Assembly: GCA_002496385.1 (NCBI GenBank)
Contig: DAJR01000049.1
Span: 198-64,197, forward strand
Length of the DNA: 64,000 bases
Direction: 5' to 3'
From: Methanomassiliicoccales archaeon UBA147
Lineage (GTDB): Archaea > Thermoplasmatota > Thermoplasmata > SG8-5
Shown piece after piece: positions 9,843 through 19,985 of the stretch (its first letter is position 1; each line of letters begins with the position of its first letter). The notes beneath the pieces were generated by a model, which was not told where the DNA came from, did no database searches, and worked only from the letters and a program-made list of their open reading frames with translations. The translations under genes and the position numbers were made by a program.

Positions 9843-11159
9843 TCAGTATCCGCGGCTGTTCCTGCCGCCCATGCGCTCCCTTCTTCCGGGGCGCCCCGAC
9901 CCCCGCCTCTGGACAGAACCGCTTCTGTTTCCGTCTGGCCTCTGCCTTACTTGGCCCTCCGGGCGCTGCCTCCTGGGTTGCGGTCTGATTGGCCTTTCTT
10001 CCGGCCCGAGGACGACATTGGCCATGTACGGTTTCTCGCTCACCACCGGGATTTGGAGTCTGATGAGCCTCTCGATGTCCCTTATGAATTCGCGCTCCTC
10101 GGGGCTGCACAGGGATATGGAAATGCCGCGGGTTCCCGCTCTCGCCGTCCTGCCGATGCGATGCACATAGGTCTCGGCAACATTCGGGATGTCATGGTTG
10201 ATGACATGGCTGATATCCTCTACGTCGATGCCCCTCGCGGCGATGTCGGTCGCCACCAGCACCCTGATTCGCCCTGTCTTGAAATCATCCATGGCCTTCG
10301 TGCGGGCTGTCTGGGCTTTGTTCCCGTGAATTCCGAGCGCTCCAATACCGGCCCGCCCGAGCAGTCTGACCAGTTTGTTGGCCCCGTGTTTTGTGCGTGT
10401 GAAGACGAGCGCCCTGGTGACGCTTTTGTCTTTCAGGATGTTGATTAGCACGGTGGATTTCTGCTTCATGTCGACCATCATCAGCCGCTGCTCGATAAGC
10501 TCGACCACGGGTTTCTCCGGGGTCACGTCCACACGGACCGGGTCCCTGACCATACCCTTTGCCAGCTGGACCACCTTCGGGGGCATTGTGGCCGAAAGGA
10601 ACATTGTCTGCCTCTTTGCCGGGAGGTATCCCAGTATCCGGCGTACGTCCGGTATGAATCCCATGTCGAGCATGCGGTCCGCTTCGTCAAGCACGAATAT
10701 CTCAACGTTTCGGAGACGGATATGGCCCTGGCCTATGAGGTCCAGCAGCCTTCCCGGTGTTGCCACCAGGATGTCCGCCCCCCGCGCCAGGTTCTTCACC
10801 TGCGGGCCCTGCCCGACGCCTCCGAATATCACCACTGAATGCACATCCAGGTACTTCGCGTAGGCGATCAGGTTGTCGTGAATCTGTGCAGCCAGTTCCC
10901 TGGTGGGCGTCACGATGAGCGCGCGCACATCGCCCCTTTCCCTCCGGCGCGGGTTCTTGGCCAGGTATTGGATTATCGGCAGCGCGAACGCTGCCGTCTT
11001 TCCGGTTCCCGTCTGGGCGCACCCCAGCAGGTCGCGGCCGGCCAGCAGAGGCGGTATCGCCTGGGCCTGGACCGGCGTGGGTACTTCGTAGTTCATGTCT
11101 CTCAATGCGTGGTGTATTGGCTCAATCAGGCCAAAATCCGTGAATTTCTGTTGGTTCAT
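9843..11159 (-). CDS. DEAD-box ATP-dependent RNA helicase with an R/G-rich C-terminal tail
   Basis: Q-motif region FTDFGL..., AQTGTGKTAAF, VLDEADRMLDMGF, SAT and HRIGRTARAG. The start was chosen at MNQQKF (ATG 11159) rather than the upstream ORF-track start. Confidence 0.9.
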   Translation of the reverse strand: MNQQKFTDFGLIEPIHHALRDMNYEVPTPVQAQAIPPLLAGRDLLGCAQTGTGKTAAFALPIIQYLAKNPRRRERGDVRALIVTPTRELAAQIHDNLIAYAKYLDVHSVVIFGGVGQGPQVKNLARGADILVATPGRLLDLIGQGHIRLRNVEIFVLDEADRMLDMGFIPDVRRILGYLPAKRQTMFLSATMPPKVVQLAKGMVRDPVRVDVTPEKPVVELIEQRLMMVDMKQKSTVLINILKDKSVTRALVFTRTKHGANKLVRLLGRAGIGALGIHGNKAQTARTKAMDDFKTGRIRVLVATDIAARGIDVEDISHVINHDIPNVAETYVHRIGRTARAGTRGISISLCSPEEREFIRDIERLIRLQIPVVSEKPYMANVVLGPEERPIRPQPRRQRPEGQVRQRPDGNRSGSVQRRGSGRPGRRERMGGRNSRGY

Positions 11160-11271
11160 TTGGTAACCTTCGTTGCCAGTACCAAGTTGGGGTATTATTA
11201 TAAGCAATCGGTCGGAGCGAAATCCTTTCCGGCACAGGCTTTATAATGCCCTGGCAAATGCCTGAAACCGC

Positions 11272-12663
11272 ATGGCAGCGGGCAACCCACCGAGGAATCA
11301 TCAGGGAGTCCAGACCCTTGTCGGCAATCCGAAGCAGGCAATAATGAAGCTTGCCTGGCCCATGATATTTGCCATGTCGGTCCAGACGCTTTACAACCTC
11401 GTGGATGCGTTCTGGGTGTCTGGCTTGGGCACGGACGCGCTATCGGCAGTCGGGCTGTTCTTCCCATTCTTCTTTATGATCATGGCTCTTGCAACGGGCA
11501 TCGGCACGGGCGGCGGGGCAGCCATTTCAAGGCGCATCGGCGCGAAGGACAAGCAAGGGGCAGACAGCGTCGCCACCCACACGATGGTGTACACAGTGAT
11601 AATATCGCTGGCCATGATGGTGCCGTTCCTCCTGTTCGCAAGGCCGCTGTTCCTGGCAATCGGGGCAGGCGACACAATCGATGATACCGTGGCATACAGC
11701 CAGGTTCTTTTTTCCGGCGTCACGGTGATATTCTTCGCAAATGTCGCCAACTCCCTTCTCAGGGCCGAGGGGGATGCCAAGAGGGCGATGGCCGCAATGC
11801 TGCTTGGCGGGGTCATCAACATCATCCTTGACCCGATAATGATATACAGCATGGGGCTCGGGGTCGCGGGCGCGGCGTGGGCCACGTTAATATCCATCGG
11901 CGTCTCGTCCATTCTGCTGTTCAGCTGGCTATTCCTGAAGAAGAATACGTTCGTAGATTTTCATTTCAGGGGGTTCCGGTTTGACCGCGGCATAACCAAG
12001 GACATATTCACCGTGGGGCTGCCCGCCTCGGTCCAGCAGCTCACAATGTCCATAAACATGCTCATCCTGAACATCATAATCGTCGGCATCGGCGGCACAG
12101 ACGGCGTCGCGGTGCTGACCACCGGCTGGAGGATATCAACCTTCGGAATAATGCCGATAATGGGCATCGCCACGGCTGTGGTCTCTGTCTGCGGCGCAGC
12201 TTACGGCATGCGGGATTTCGGAAAGATGGAGATTGCTCTCAACCACGCGATAAAGTTCGGGCTGGCCATCGAGATACTGGTTGCAGTGTCGATCCTGGTT
12301 TTGGCGGTGCCGATAACCGCGGTGTTCACGCAATCGGCCACCGGCCATCAGATCGCACCCGACCTCGTCAGATATTTCCACATCACCTGGCTGTTCCTGC
12401 CGGGTGTGGCATTGGGCATGCTCTCGAGCAGCATGTTCCAGGGCGCGGGAAAGGGCTGGAACGCGCTCGCCGTGACAATCCTCAGGACCGTGGTTCTCAC
12501 ACCCCCGCTCGCATACGGGCTTGCAGTGTGGGCAGGCATGGGCCTGGACGGGGTGTGGTGGGGGCTGGTGCTGGCCAATGTTGCCGGTTCAACGATATCT
12601 TTCCTTTGGGCCAAGGCTTACATCAGGAATCTGAAAAAAGGCGCGATGTCAGCCGCCTCTTGA
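11272..12663 (+). CDS. MATE family efflux transporter
   Basis: 12-TM profile and typical MATE N-terminus (LAWPMIFAMSVQTLYNLVDAFWVSGLG). The start could instead be the internal MKLAWP. Confidence 0.85.
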   Translation: MAAGNPPRNHQGVQTLVGNPKQAIMKLAWPMIFAMSVQTLYNLVDAFWVSGLGTDALSAVGLFFPFFFMIMALATGIGTGGGAAISRRIGAKDKQGADSVATHTMVYTVIISLAMMVPFLLFARPLFLAIGAGDTIDDTVAYSQVLFSGVTVIFFANVANSLLRAEGDAKRAMAAMLLGGVINIILDPIMIYSMGLGVAGAAWATLISIGVSSILLFSWLFLKKNTFVDFHFRGFRFDRGITKDIFTVGLPASVQQLTMSINMLILNIIIVGIGGTDGVAVLTTGWRISTFGIMPIMGIATAVVSVCGAAYGMRDFGKMEIALNHAIKFGLAIEILVAVSILVLAVPITAVFTQSATGHQIAPDLVRYFHITWLFLPGVALGMLSSSMFQGAGKGWNALAVTILRTVVLTPPLAYGLAVWAGMGLDGVWWGLVLANVAGSTISFLWAKAYIRNLKKGAMSAAS

Positions 12664-12953
12664 ATCGTCGCAGGGCTCGTCCTCCGGTAATTCATCGCTA
12701 TCAAAATGGTGGAATTACCGGCCATACGCATTGGGAGAAAATGCAATTTATTGACTACCCATGGCGAATGCTCTGGAATATTATACATACATTCGCATTC
12801 ACCGATTGCTTGCAGAATGTACTATACTGCTGCGACCCTCGAATTTCCAAGAAGTCGCTCCCGGGAGGGAATGCTACGTGGCTGGTTGTTGAGAACCGCA
12901 TTCGATACTTGCCTGGCATACGGCCAGGCAAGTATAGGCCCCCAGCCCCTATA

Positions 12954-14486
12954 TCAATCTTCTATTATCTTCACGGACTCGCCGCCATGCCGCGTCTCTC
13001 TGGGTCTCACTCGCACGAAGAGGGGCACCTGGACCCCGCCGCCGCAGACGATGGCCACGCCGACAGGCAGCTGCTGAATCTCCTCTGTCACGCCGGTCGT
13101 CAGGCCCTCGACGGACGATATCACGGCCTTCAGGTCAAGGGGGTTGGTTATCTTCAATATTATCTGAGTGCCGCACTGGCTAAGCACGTTCTTGTCCACC
13201 TTTGCGGCTCTCTGTGTGATTATCACGAGGCCGAGGCCGAACTTCCTTCCTTCCGAGGCAATGGTCCTCATTATCTTGGAGCAGGCGGTCGTGCCCTGCT
13301 GCGGGCAGTAATTGTGCGCCTCCTCCGTGACCACCAGCATCGGCGGGATGGCATTTATCTTGCGCATCTCGAAGAGCGAGGTAAGGACACGATTCACGAT
13401 AAGGCCGGAGATCTCCGGCGCGGTGCCTCTGAGGTTCAGAATTGTCATGCTTCCCTTCTTCACGAGCTCGTCAAGCTTTGTCCCTCTCTCGGCGAAGATG
13501 TTAATCTCATCAAGGTACTGAAGCTCCTGGATCAGGTTGGCGTTCTGCGCATCCTCCTGCGCCTCGAGCGTCCGGACGATGTCCTTCATCGAGAATGTCT
13601 GCTTGTTGACCTTGATCATCTCCAGGACCTTCTTCATTGCAGGGAGGGCGTGCCTCATGTTCTTCACATTGGTGAGGGCCAGGATGTCCCGTGCCTCGAG
13701 GTTCCCGAGGGTGAATTTGAGCGGCTTCGCGTCCTTGTTGACCTTTGTGTCGGGAGAGAATTCGGAGATCTGGTCAGCGTATCCCCGGGGCTTCACGCCG
13801 AACTTCTCGTTGAACTCCGAGCCCTTGCCGGCCTCTCTGAGGGAGCTGTACTCCCCGTGCGGGTCGATAATCATGACGGTGACATCGTGCTTCAGAAGTT
13901 CCTCGACCAAAACTCCTGTCATATAGCTCTTGCCTCCGCCGGTCTTCGCAAGTATGCTCACGTGCTTCTGGACCATCTCGTTGATGTCCAGCTGGATGTG
14001 AATATCGTGGCCGTTCAGCAGGCCGATGTAGGCGCCGGTCTTGTCGCTGTGCTTCAGCCCTATGACCTTGGATATCAACGCATCGTCGGCGCGTGAGATT
14101 GTCGAGCCTGCCTTGAACGGGGCCTTCGGTGTCTGGAGCAGGCCGCGCTCGTCCCTGTAACCGATGATGGTGATGTTGGCCAGGACCTTTTCCTCGATGT
14201 CCATAGCCTCACCGTGGGACATCAGGATGGCCTTGTCCAGCGAGAGGTTGGTCTTCCTCTCCATGCCGTCCACCTGCCCCAGGACCGGGCCGCATGTCTC
14301 GTGCGGGATCTGGACGTACTCTCCCTTCTCGAGGGGCGCCATCACGCTGCATTTGAGGTTCGCGGTCCCGACATCCCCGTACACGATGCCTATCATCCCG
14401 GAATTGTCCTGGGTCTCCGCCATCTCGTCATAATCGGAGCGGGCTTCCTCTATGGTGTCATCCCTAGAATCCATGTCCAATTGCAT
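12954..14486 (-). CDS. HerA-like (DUF87) P-loop ATPase
   Basis: N-terminal barrel-like region, Walker A AKTGGGKSY, Walker B MLVVTEEAHNY, and C-terminal GLGLVIITQR. No NurA-like partner is adjacent. Confidence 0.8.
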   Translation of the reverse strand: MQLDMDSRDDTIEEARSDYDEMAETQDNSGMIGIVYGDVGTANLKCSVMAPLEKGEYVQIPHETCGPVLGQVDGMERKTNLSLDKAILMSHGEAMDIEEKVLANITIIGYRDERGLLQTPKAPFKAGSTISRADDALISKVIGLKHSDKTGAYIGLLNGHDIHIQLDINEMVQKHVSILAKTGGGKSYMTGVLVEELLKHDVTVMIIDPHGEYSSLREAGKGSEFNEKFGVKPRGYADQISEFSPDTKVNKDAKPLKFTLGNLEARDILALTNVKNMRHALPAMKKVLEMIKVNKQTFSMKDIVRTLEAQEDAQNANLIQELQYLDEINIFAERGTKLDELVKKGSMTILNLRGTAPEISGLIVNRVLTSLFEMRKINAIPPMLVVTEEAHNYCPQQGTTACSKIMRTIASEGRKFGLGLVIITQRAAKVDKNVLSQCGTQIILKITNPLDLKAVISSVEGLTTGVTEEIQQLPVGVAIVCGGGVQVPLFVRVRPRETRHGGESVKIIED

Positions 14487-14582
14487 CCCATCCTGCTGAC
14501 CAATATATATGTGAATCCGTATAAATATGTTGGTATTGGCGGTGTTCAGTCCCCCAATACCGGAACCGTCGCTCTCTCTCTT

Positions 14583-15647
14583 TCATAGTTTCCAGTAAGG
14601 CCGCAGCTCGCCCCTGAGCGACTCCAGCATGCTGTTTGTCGCCCTGGCGAGCGATTCCTCGCTCGTGGCGGGATTGCGGCGTGGCTGTTTCGGGCAGAAT
14701 GCCTTGTAATCCGTTTCGAGCGCTTCGGAGCCGCATAATTGAGCCAGCCAACCGTATGTGGCCCAATCCCCATACCCGCTCACCGTCATGTCAAGCAGGC
14801 ATCCCGCCGTACCAAGCGCCAGGTCCCTGGTTCGGCGCGAGACCATGTTCAGCCCATCCAGGTCCAATCCGAGCATCGTCAAGTCGTCTCCGTAGAATGG
14901 GTCTGAACCGCCGTTGCGGATGACGAACTCGGGCGCGAACTCCCTGGCCACCGGCTCGATTATCGCGTCGAATGCCTGGGTGTAGTTACGTGCTCCGGAG
15001 AGCGGGGGCATAGGGATGTTGACCGTGAACCCCTTACCTTCTCCCTCTCCGGTCTCCCAGACAAAGCCCTTCCCCGGGTAGATTGTTCTCGGGTCTTGAT
15101 GAATGGAAATGAAAAGTATGCGCGGGTCGTCGAGGAAGATGTCCATGGTCCCGTTTCCCTGGTGTGCGTCCGTGTCGAGCACCATCACCCTGCCGAGTCC
15201 GTGTCTCTCGACGAGTGCCTTCGCGGCAATCGCCACATCGTTGAAGATGCAGAACCCCTCTCCGAAGTTCCTCCCAGCATGGTGAAACCCACCGAATGTA
15301 TGCGCGGTAGAATTTTCTCTGTCCAAAATGTACTTGGCTGCCTGAAGCCCGGACCCGGCGATAAGGCGCTGTGCCTCGACTGCCCCGTCCGTCACAGGCG
15401 TGTCGATGCTGAGCCACCCCCCGTCCTTTCTGAGCCTTTCAACGGTGTCAAGGTATTCCCAGCTGTGGGCGAGCATGAGGTCCCGGTCAGTGGCCGGGAT
15501 CGGCGGGATGAGCGTGCAATTCGGAAGGATGTCCGCTTTGTCCAGCAACCCGATGAAGTCCCTGAACCTGGTACCGGTCAATGGATGCCCTGGACCCAAA
15601 TCGAATTTGCCGAGTTCGTCACTGTAAAACAGCGGAATCGTGGCCAA
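14583..15647 (-). CDS. Histone deacetylase family protein (AcuC / acetylpolyamine amidohydrolase-like)
   Basis: FHHAGRNFGEGFCIFNDVAIA and VLDTDAHQGNG catalytic motifs. Confidence 0.9.
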   Translation of the reverse strand: MATIPLFYSDELGKFDLGPGHPLTGTRFRDFIGLLDKADILPNCTLIPPIPATDRDLMLAHSWEYLDTVERLRKDGGWLSIDTPVTDGAVEAQRLIAGSGLQAAKYILDRENSTAHTFGGFHHAGRNFGEGFCIFNDVAIAAKALVERHGLGRVMVLDTDAHQGNGTMDIFLDDPRILFISIHQDPRTIYPGKGFVWETGEGEGKGFTVNIPMPPLSGARNYTQAFDAIIEPVAREFAPEFVIRNGGSDPFYGDDLTMLGLDLDGLNMVSRRTRDLALGTAGCLLDMTVSGYGDWATYGWLAQLCGSEALETDYKAFCPKQPRRNPATSEESLARATNSMLESLRGELRPYWKL

Positions 15648-15667
15648 AGTTCACCCGGACCGCGGAT

Positions 15668-15904
15668 TCAGTATGTTCTTCTCCCTTCTACCCTGTCTGC
15701 CTTATCCCTCAGTTGCCTGGCTTTGGCGCGCAGTTTGGTGATTTCCATCTCTTTCTTCTGGATCTTCGCCTCGACCTTGGCAGCGTTGGCGCGCAGTTTG
15801 GCGGCTTTCGCCTGCGCCTTCGCCTGCTTTTGCATCTGTTTGGCGTTTTTCACTGCCTGGTTCGCCTCTCGCTTGGCAATTTTTGCATCTTTCACTTCGT
15901 TCAT
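15668..15904 (-). CDS. Small Lys/Ala-rich predicted coiled-coil protein, function unknown
   Basis: 78-aa ORF MNEVKDAKIAKREANQAVKNAKQMQKQAKAQAKAAKLRANAAKVEAKIQKKEMEITKLRAK.... The ATG at 15904 has a TTTTATAT box about 35 nt upstream. The longer ORF-track version starts at a TTG. The ORF ends 20 nt upstream of the HDAC gene. Confidence 0.45.
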   Translation of the reverse strand: MNEVKDAKIAKREANQAVKNAKQMQKQAKAQAKAAKLRANAAKVEAKIQKKEMEITKLRAKARQLRDKADRVEGRRTY

Positions 15905-16028
15905 AATGACCCGTGTCCAGTATATTCCATTTCCGATATAAAACTTCGCAACACCCCCGGCGCGGGCCAAATGAAAATCCCATGCGGTTAGCTTATTTGT
16001 AATCAGATACAGGCAGCAGAAGGCGTTA

Positions 16029-17327
16029 TCAGGCGCCCTTGTTCACGAAGTCGCATATTTTCCGTGTGGCATCGAGGGTCTTGCCACAGTACATCTCCAG
16101 GAACTTCTCGGGCAACTGCTCGTGAAGTGGGATGGCCTCGCTGGCCGCAAGGGCCTTCGAGCCGTCGAAATTCACGTAGGAAATGCGGAATGTGAGCTCC
16201 TCGTCCGGTCTTGAGAACGCCGAGCCCGGCACGCAGGCCACATGTGTTTCATTGAGTATTGCCTCGCAGAGTTCCTTGTTGGTGTTGATTCCGCGTTTCT
16301 CCATGCTGTCAGCCAAAGGAGAGAAATCCGGGAACAGGTAGAAGCCCCCCTCGGGTGGGTGCACCCTGGCACCGGAATCCCTCAGCATATCCGCGCATCT
16401 GCCGCTGACGTCCCTGAATATGCGCCTCACCTGCCATAGATAACGCTCAAGCTCTATGCCTCCTTTGAATGCTGTGACAGCGGCCCACTGTATCGGGCTG
16501 GAAACCGAAGTATAGGTCTGGCTCGCAGCGTCAGCTATCGCATCCCTGAGCCAATCGAGATTGTCCGGGAAGGAGAAAGTTCCGAGCCTCCATCCGCCCG
16601 CCGCGCACCATTTTGACAGGCCGGAACTGATGATGGTCCCCTCCGGGTAGTACTTGGCCACCGATACATGCTCTCCCTTGTGGTGGATCTGGGCATATAT
16701 CTCGTCCGAGAGGAGTATCACCTCGTACTTCCTGGCGACGGTGGCGATATCCTTCAGCTCCTCTGCCGAGTAGCTGCCGCCGTCTGGATTTCCCGGGTAG
16801 CACAGGACCACGATGCGCGGGCGGAAAGTGTCATGCTCGCTCTCGCACAGCTCGGCAAGTTTGGCGGCGCTCATGTGCCACTTGTCCTCGAATGTTGTAT
16901 TGATCAATTGAACTTGGCGGCCGATGAGCTGCGCCTGGGGCACGTAAGTCACCCAGCAAGGCGTCGGAACCACTATTTCACCATAAAATGAAAGCTGGAG
17001 CAGGTACATGAGCATCTTGGAGCCAGGTCCTATAATCACATTGTCGGGGTTGACCTTTACCTGGTCCTTGTGCCAGTGATAGTCCGCGACAGCCTTCCTG
17101 AGCTCGGGCAGACCCTTGACCGGAAGATAGCTCCGCTCGGTCGCGTGCATCTTGAGGGACTGGACCGCAAAATTTGGGACCGGAAACGGGGATTCGCCGA
17201 TCCCCAGGTTGAAAACCTCGATGCCCTCTTTCTTCATCTGCTTGCACCTGTCGTTGAGTGCCAGGGTCGGTGACGCGCCCAGGCCGCGCAGGTTGAGGTT
17301 CAGGCTGACATGTTTTTGGTTGTTCAT
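16029..17327 (-). CDS. Class I/II PLP-dependent aminotransferase
   Basis: Fold-type I pattern with the SGLSKWCAAGGWRLG lysine motif and NPDG. The start was chosen at MNNQKH. Confidence 0.85.
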   Translation of the reverse strand: MNNQKHVSLNLNLRGLGASPTLALNDRCKQMKKEGIEVFNLGIGESPFPVPNFAVQSLKMHATERSYLPVKGLPELRKAVADYHWHKDQVKVNPDNVIIGPGSKMLMYLLQLSFYGEIVVPTPCWVTYVPQAQLIGRQVQLINTTFEDKWHMSAAKLAELCESEHDTFRPRIVVLCYPGNPDGGSYSAEELKDIATVARKYEVILLSDEIYAQIHHKGEHVSVAKYYPEGTIISSGLSKWCAAGGWRLGTFSFPDNLDWLRDAIADAASQTYTSVSSPIQWAAVTAFKGGIELERYLWQVRRIFRDVSGRCADMLRDSGARVHPPEGGFYLFPDFSPLADSMEKRGINTNKELCEAILNETHVACVPGSAFSRPDEELTFRISYVNFDGSKALAASEAIPLHEQLPEKFLEMYCGKTLDATRKICDFVNKGA

Positions 17328-17412
17328 GAAGATCACTTGTGGGACGTCAGGGAACATCCTTCTACTTCATTAAGATTTTGAAGAATTCAATAATCATTTA
17401 TACGGGGCGGCC

Positions 17413-18660
17413 TTGGCAATACCCATGAAAGTACTGGTTGAGGCATATGGCTGCACCCTGAACCGAGGCGAGGCCGAGGAGTTCGAGGACGGGCTGCTGG
17501 CAATGGGGCATCAACTGGCTCGAAGCCCCGAGGACGCAGGCGCCATTGTGATATTCACCTGCGGCGTCATAGAAACCACCGAAAGGCACATGCTCAAAAG
17601 GATATCCGAAATGTCACAACTGGCCGGTAAGAAACTCATAGTTTGCGGTTGCCTCCCCAACATCTCCCCGGCTCGGATTCTGAAGGCAGCCCCGCATGCT
17701 TATATGTTCGACACGGCCGGGCACATGGCCGCCCTGAATCTCTTCCACGAAGATGCCAACCCCACTCCAGCGGCCCCTACTTCCGACGCAGTCGGGATTC
17801 TGCCGCTCGCCACCGGGTGCGACGGAGCGTGCACGTACTGCGTCACGAAAAACGCACGCGGGCCGTTGCGGAGCCGGCCGCCGGGCAAACTTGCTGACAG
17901 GATGAAAGAACTCGTCGGGCGCGGGTGTGCTGAGATCCAGCTATGCGCCCAGGATACGGCGATTTACGGCACGGACATCGGGGAAGGCATGCACAGCCTG
18001 GTCGAGGTTCTGAGCAGGATTGAGGGAAACTACATGATGCGCATCGGCATGATGAATCCGGCGAGCCTGCTTCTTCGCAAGGAAAGTGTGCTCCAAGCGT
18101 TCGAGCATCCCAAGGTATTCAAGTTCCTTCATCTCCCTGTCCAGTCGGGCTCGGATAGTGTATTGGCGCGGATGAACCGCCGTCACAACGCGTTGGAGTT
18201 TGAAGAGTTGGTTGCCGAGTTAAGAACCCGTTTTCCCCGGATGAGCCTCTCGACCGACATAATCGTGGGCTTTCCCGGTGAAACAGACAGGGATTTTGAC
18301 CTGAGCCTCCGCATTGTGAATAAGATGAAGCCAGACATTATCAACATCACGCGATTTTCATCCAGACCCGGCACCGAAGCCCACAGAATGAAGGACAAAG
18401 TGCCTAGCCGCATAGCCAAGGATCGGTCCCGCATACTCACAGAACTGAGATTCTCGCTGACCGAGACCAACTATGATGCATTCAAAAATCAAACAATGCT
18501 GGCGCTGGCCACCGAGAGACGGGTGGAAGGCACCACATTTCTCAGAACCACGGAATACAAACCCGTGGTGGTGGCCGGAAACCTTGAGCTCGGCAGATGG
18601 TATAATGTCACAATAACGGAGAGAGAGCGCACCCATCTCTGCGGAGAGATTGAAAATTAA
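17413..18660 (+). CDS. Radical SAM methylthiotransferase, archaeal MiaB-like / CDKAL1-type
   Basis: N-terminal UPF0004 cysteines (YGCTLN, FTCG, GC), the radical SAM CxxxCxxC motif GCDGACTYCVTKNARG, and a C-terminal TRAM-like region. Confidence 0.85.
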   Translation: MAIPMKVLVEAYGCTLNRGEAEEFEDGLLAMGHQLARSPEDAGAIVIFTCGVIETTERHMLKRISEMSQLAGKKLIVCGCLPNISPARILKAAPHAYMFDTAGHMAALNLFHEDANPTPAAPTSDAVGILPLATGCDGACTYCVTKNARGPLRSRPPGKLADRMKELVGRGCAEIQLCAQDTAIYGTDIGEGMHSLVEVLSRIEGNYMMRIGMMNPASLLLRKESVLQAFEHPKVFKFLHLPVQSGSDSVLARMNRRHNALEFEELVAELRTRFPRMSLSTDIIVGFPGETDRDFDLSLRIVNKMKPDIINITRFSSRPGTEAHRMKDKVPSRIAKDRSRILTELRFSLTETNYDAFKNQTMLALATERRVEGTTFLRTTEYKPVVVAGNLELGRWYNVTITERERTHLCGEIEN

Positions 18661-18711
18661 ACAAAAAGCAAAAGGAAAATTTGGGCCGGCCCGAAGCAGG
18701 CCCGTTCCTGT

Positions 18712-19644
18712 TCAGAGCTGTATCTCTATCCCGAGGCGCTCGGTGAGTTCCTTGTACCTGTTCCTGATAGTGACCTCGGTCACTCCAGCAACATCCGCGA
18801 CCTCCCTCTGTGTCCTCCGTGCATTGCACAGTATCGAAGAGATGTATATCGCGGCTGCCGCGACACCTGTCGGTCCCCGGCCCGATGTAAGTTCTTTCTT
18901 GGCGGCCTCGTTCAGTATGTCCATCGCTTTGGTTTGGACATCGCCGCTGAGCTTTAGTTCGCTGCAGAACCTGGAGATGTAATCCTCCGGCCTTGTGGGC
19001 ATCAGTTTCAACTTGAGTTCCCTGGTCATGAAGCGGTAGGTCCTGCCGATCTCCTTCCTGCCGACTCGGCTGGCGCTGGCGATCTCATCCAGCGTTCGGG
19101 GCACGTTGCACTGTCTGCAAGCCCCGTAGAGTGAAGCTGCGACTACGCCCTCGATGCTTCTTCCCCGGATCAGGTTCTTGTTCACGGCCTTCCTGTATAT
19201 CATCGCGGCCGTTTCCCTGACGTTTCTGGGAAGGCCCATTCCCGAAGCCATCCTGTCCAGCTCGCTCAGTGCGAATGCGAGGTTCCTCTCGGTGGCGTTC
19301 GACACCCTAATCCTGCGCTGCCATTTTCTCAGCCTGTAAAGCTGCGCCCGGTTTCTGGTGGGTATGCTCTTCCCGTAGGAATCCTTGTTCTTCCAGCCTA
19401 TCTCGGTGCTCAGACCCTTGTCGTGTATCGTGTAGGTCATGGGCGCCCCGGTTCTGGCCCTCTTCTCGCCCTGGTCGGAGTCGAACGCGCGCCATTCCGG
19501 GCCCTGATCAATCAGTTGTTCGTCCAGAACAAGGCCGCAATCCTCGCAGACCAATTCCCCGCGGTTGTAATCCCTGACAAGATGCCCGCCCCCGCATTCG
19601 GGACACTGCATCACTTCTTCCGCGGCTTCTCTTTTCTTTGCCAT
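18712..19644 (-). CDS. tfb: Transcription initiation factor IIB (TFB)
   Basis: N-terminal zinc ribbon [24 protein letters not shown], a B-finger region and two cyclin-fold repeats. Confidence 0.95.
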   Translation of the reverse strand: MAKKREAAEEVMQCPECGGGHLVRDYNRGELVCEDCGLVLDEQLIDQGPEWRAFDSDQGEKRARTGAPMTYTIHDKGLSTEIGWKNKDSYGKSIPTRNRAQLYRLRKWQRRIRVSNATERNLAFALSELDRMASGMGLPRNVRETAAMIYRKAVNKNLIRGRSIEGVVAASLYGACRQCNVPRTLDEIASASRVGRKEIGRTYRFMTRELKLKLMPTRPEDYISRFCSELKLSGDVQTKAMDILNEAAKKELTSGRGPTGVAAAAIYISSILCNARRTQREVADVAGVTEVTIRNRYKELTERLGIEIQL

Positions 19645-19985
19645 GTGTTTACCCCCTTCTTTTTCGAAATCTCACCTGAACGGGCTTTGAACCTTCCGTG
19701 CTGCTCCCTCGGAGTTTTCCGTTTCGCAACATGCGGCCGGTTGAATTCCGCCTGTTCCTCTGAGCCCAAATACAGTGTGGATTCAAGCAATCCAAGTGTT
19801 TCGGCCTGGGCTTTCGGCCTTACCGAGACATAGGGCCCGTTCACGGGTCCGAAGACCCGGGACACCCTTCCGACCTCCGCTCCCCTCAGGTCGTATACCT
19901 TGGCCCCCGGTGCGGGGGTCTCAAGGGCGCTGACGAGGATGGTGCCGTCATGGATGACGTTCTTCACTGTGCCCAACTTTTTCAT
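19611..19985 (-). CDS. gar1: H/ACA RNP component Gar1
   Basis: [57 protein letters not shown] matches the Gar1 barrel. The gar1-tfb adjacency is known from other archaea. The basic tail overlaps the tfb start by 34 nt. Confidence 0.8.
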   Translation of the reverse strand: MKKLGTVKNVIHDGTILVSALETPAPGAKVYDLRGAEVGRVSRVFGPVNGPYVSVRPKAQAETLGLLESTLYLGSEEQAEFNRPHVAKRKTPREQHGRFKARSGEISKKKGVNTWQRKEKPRKK

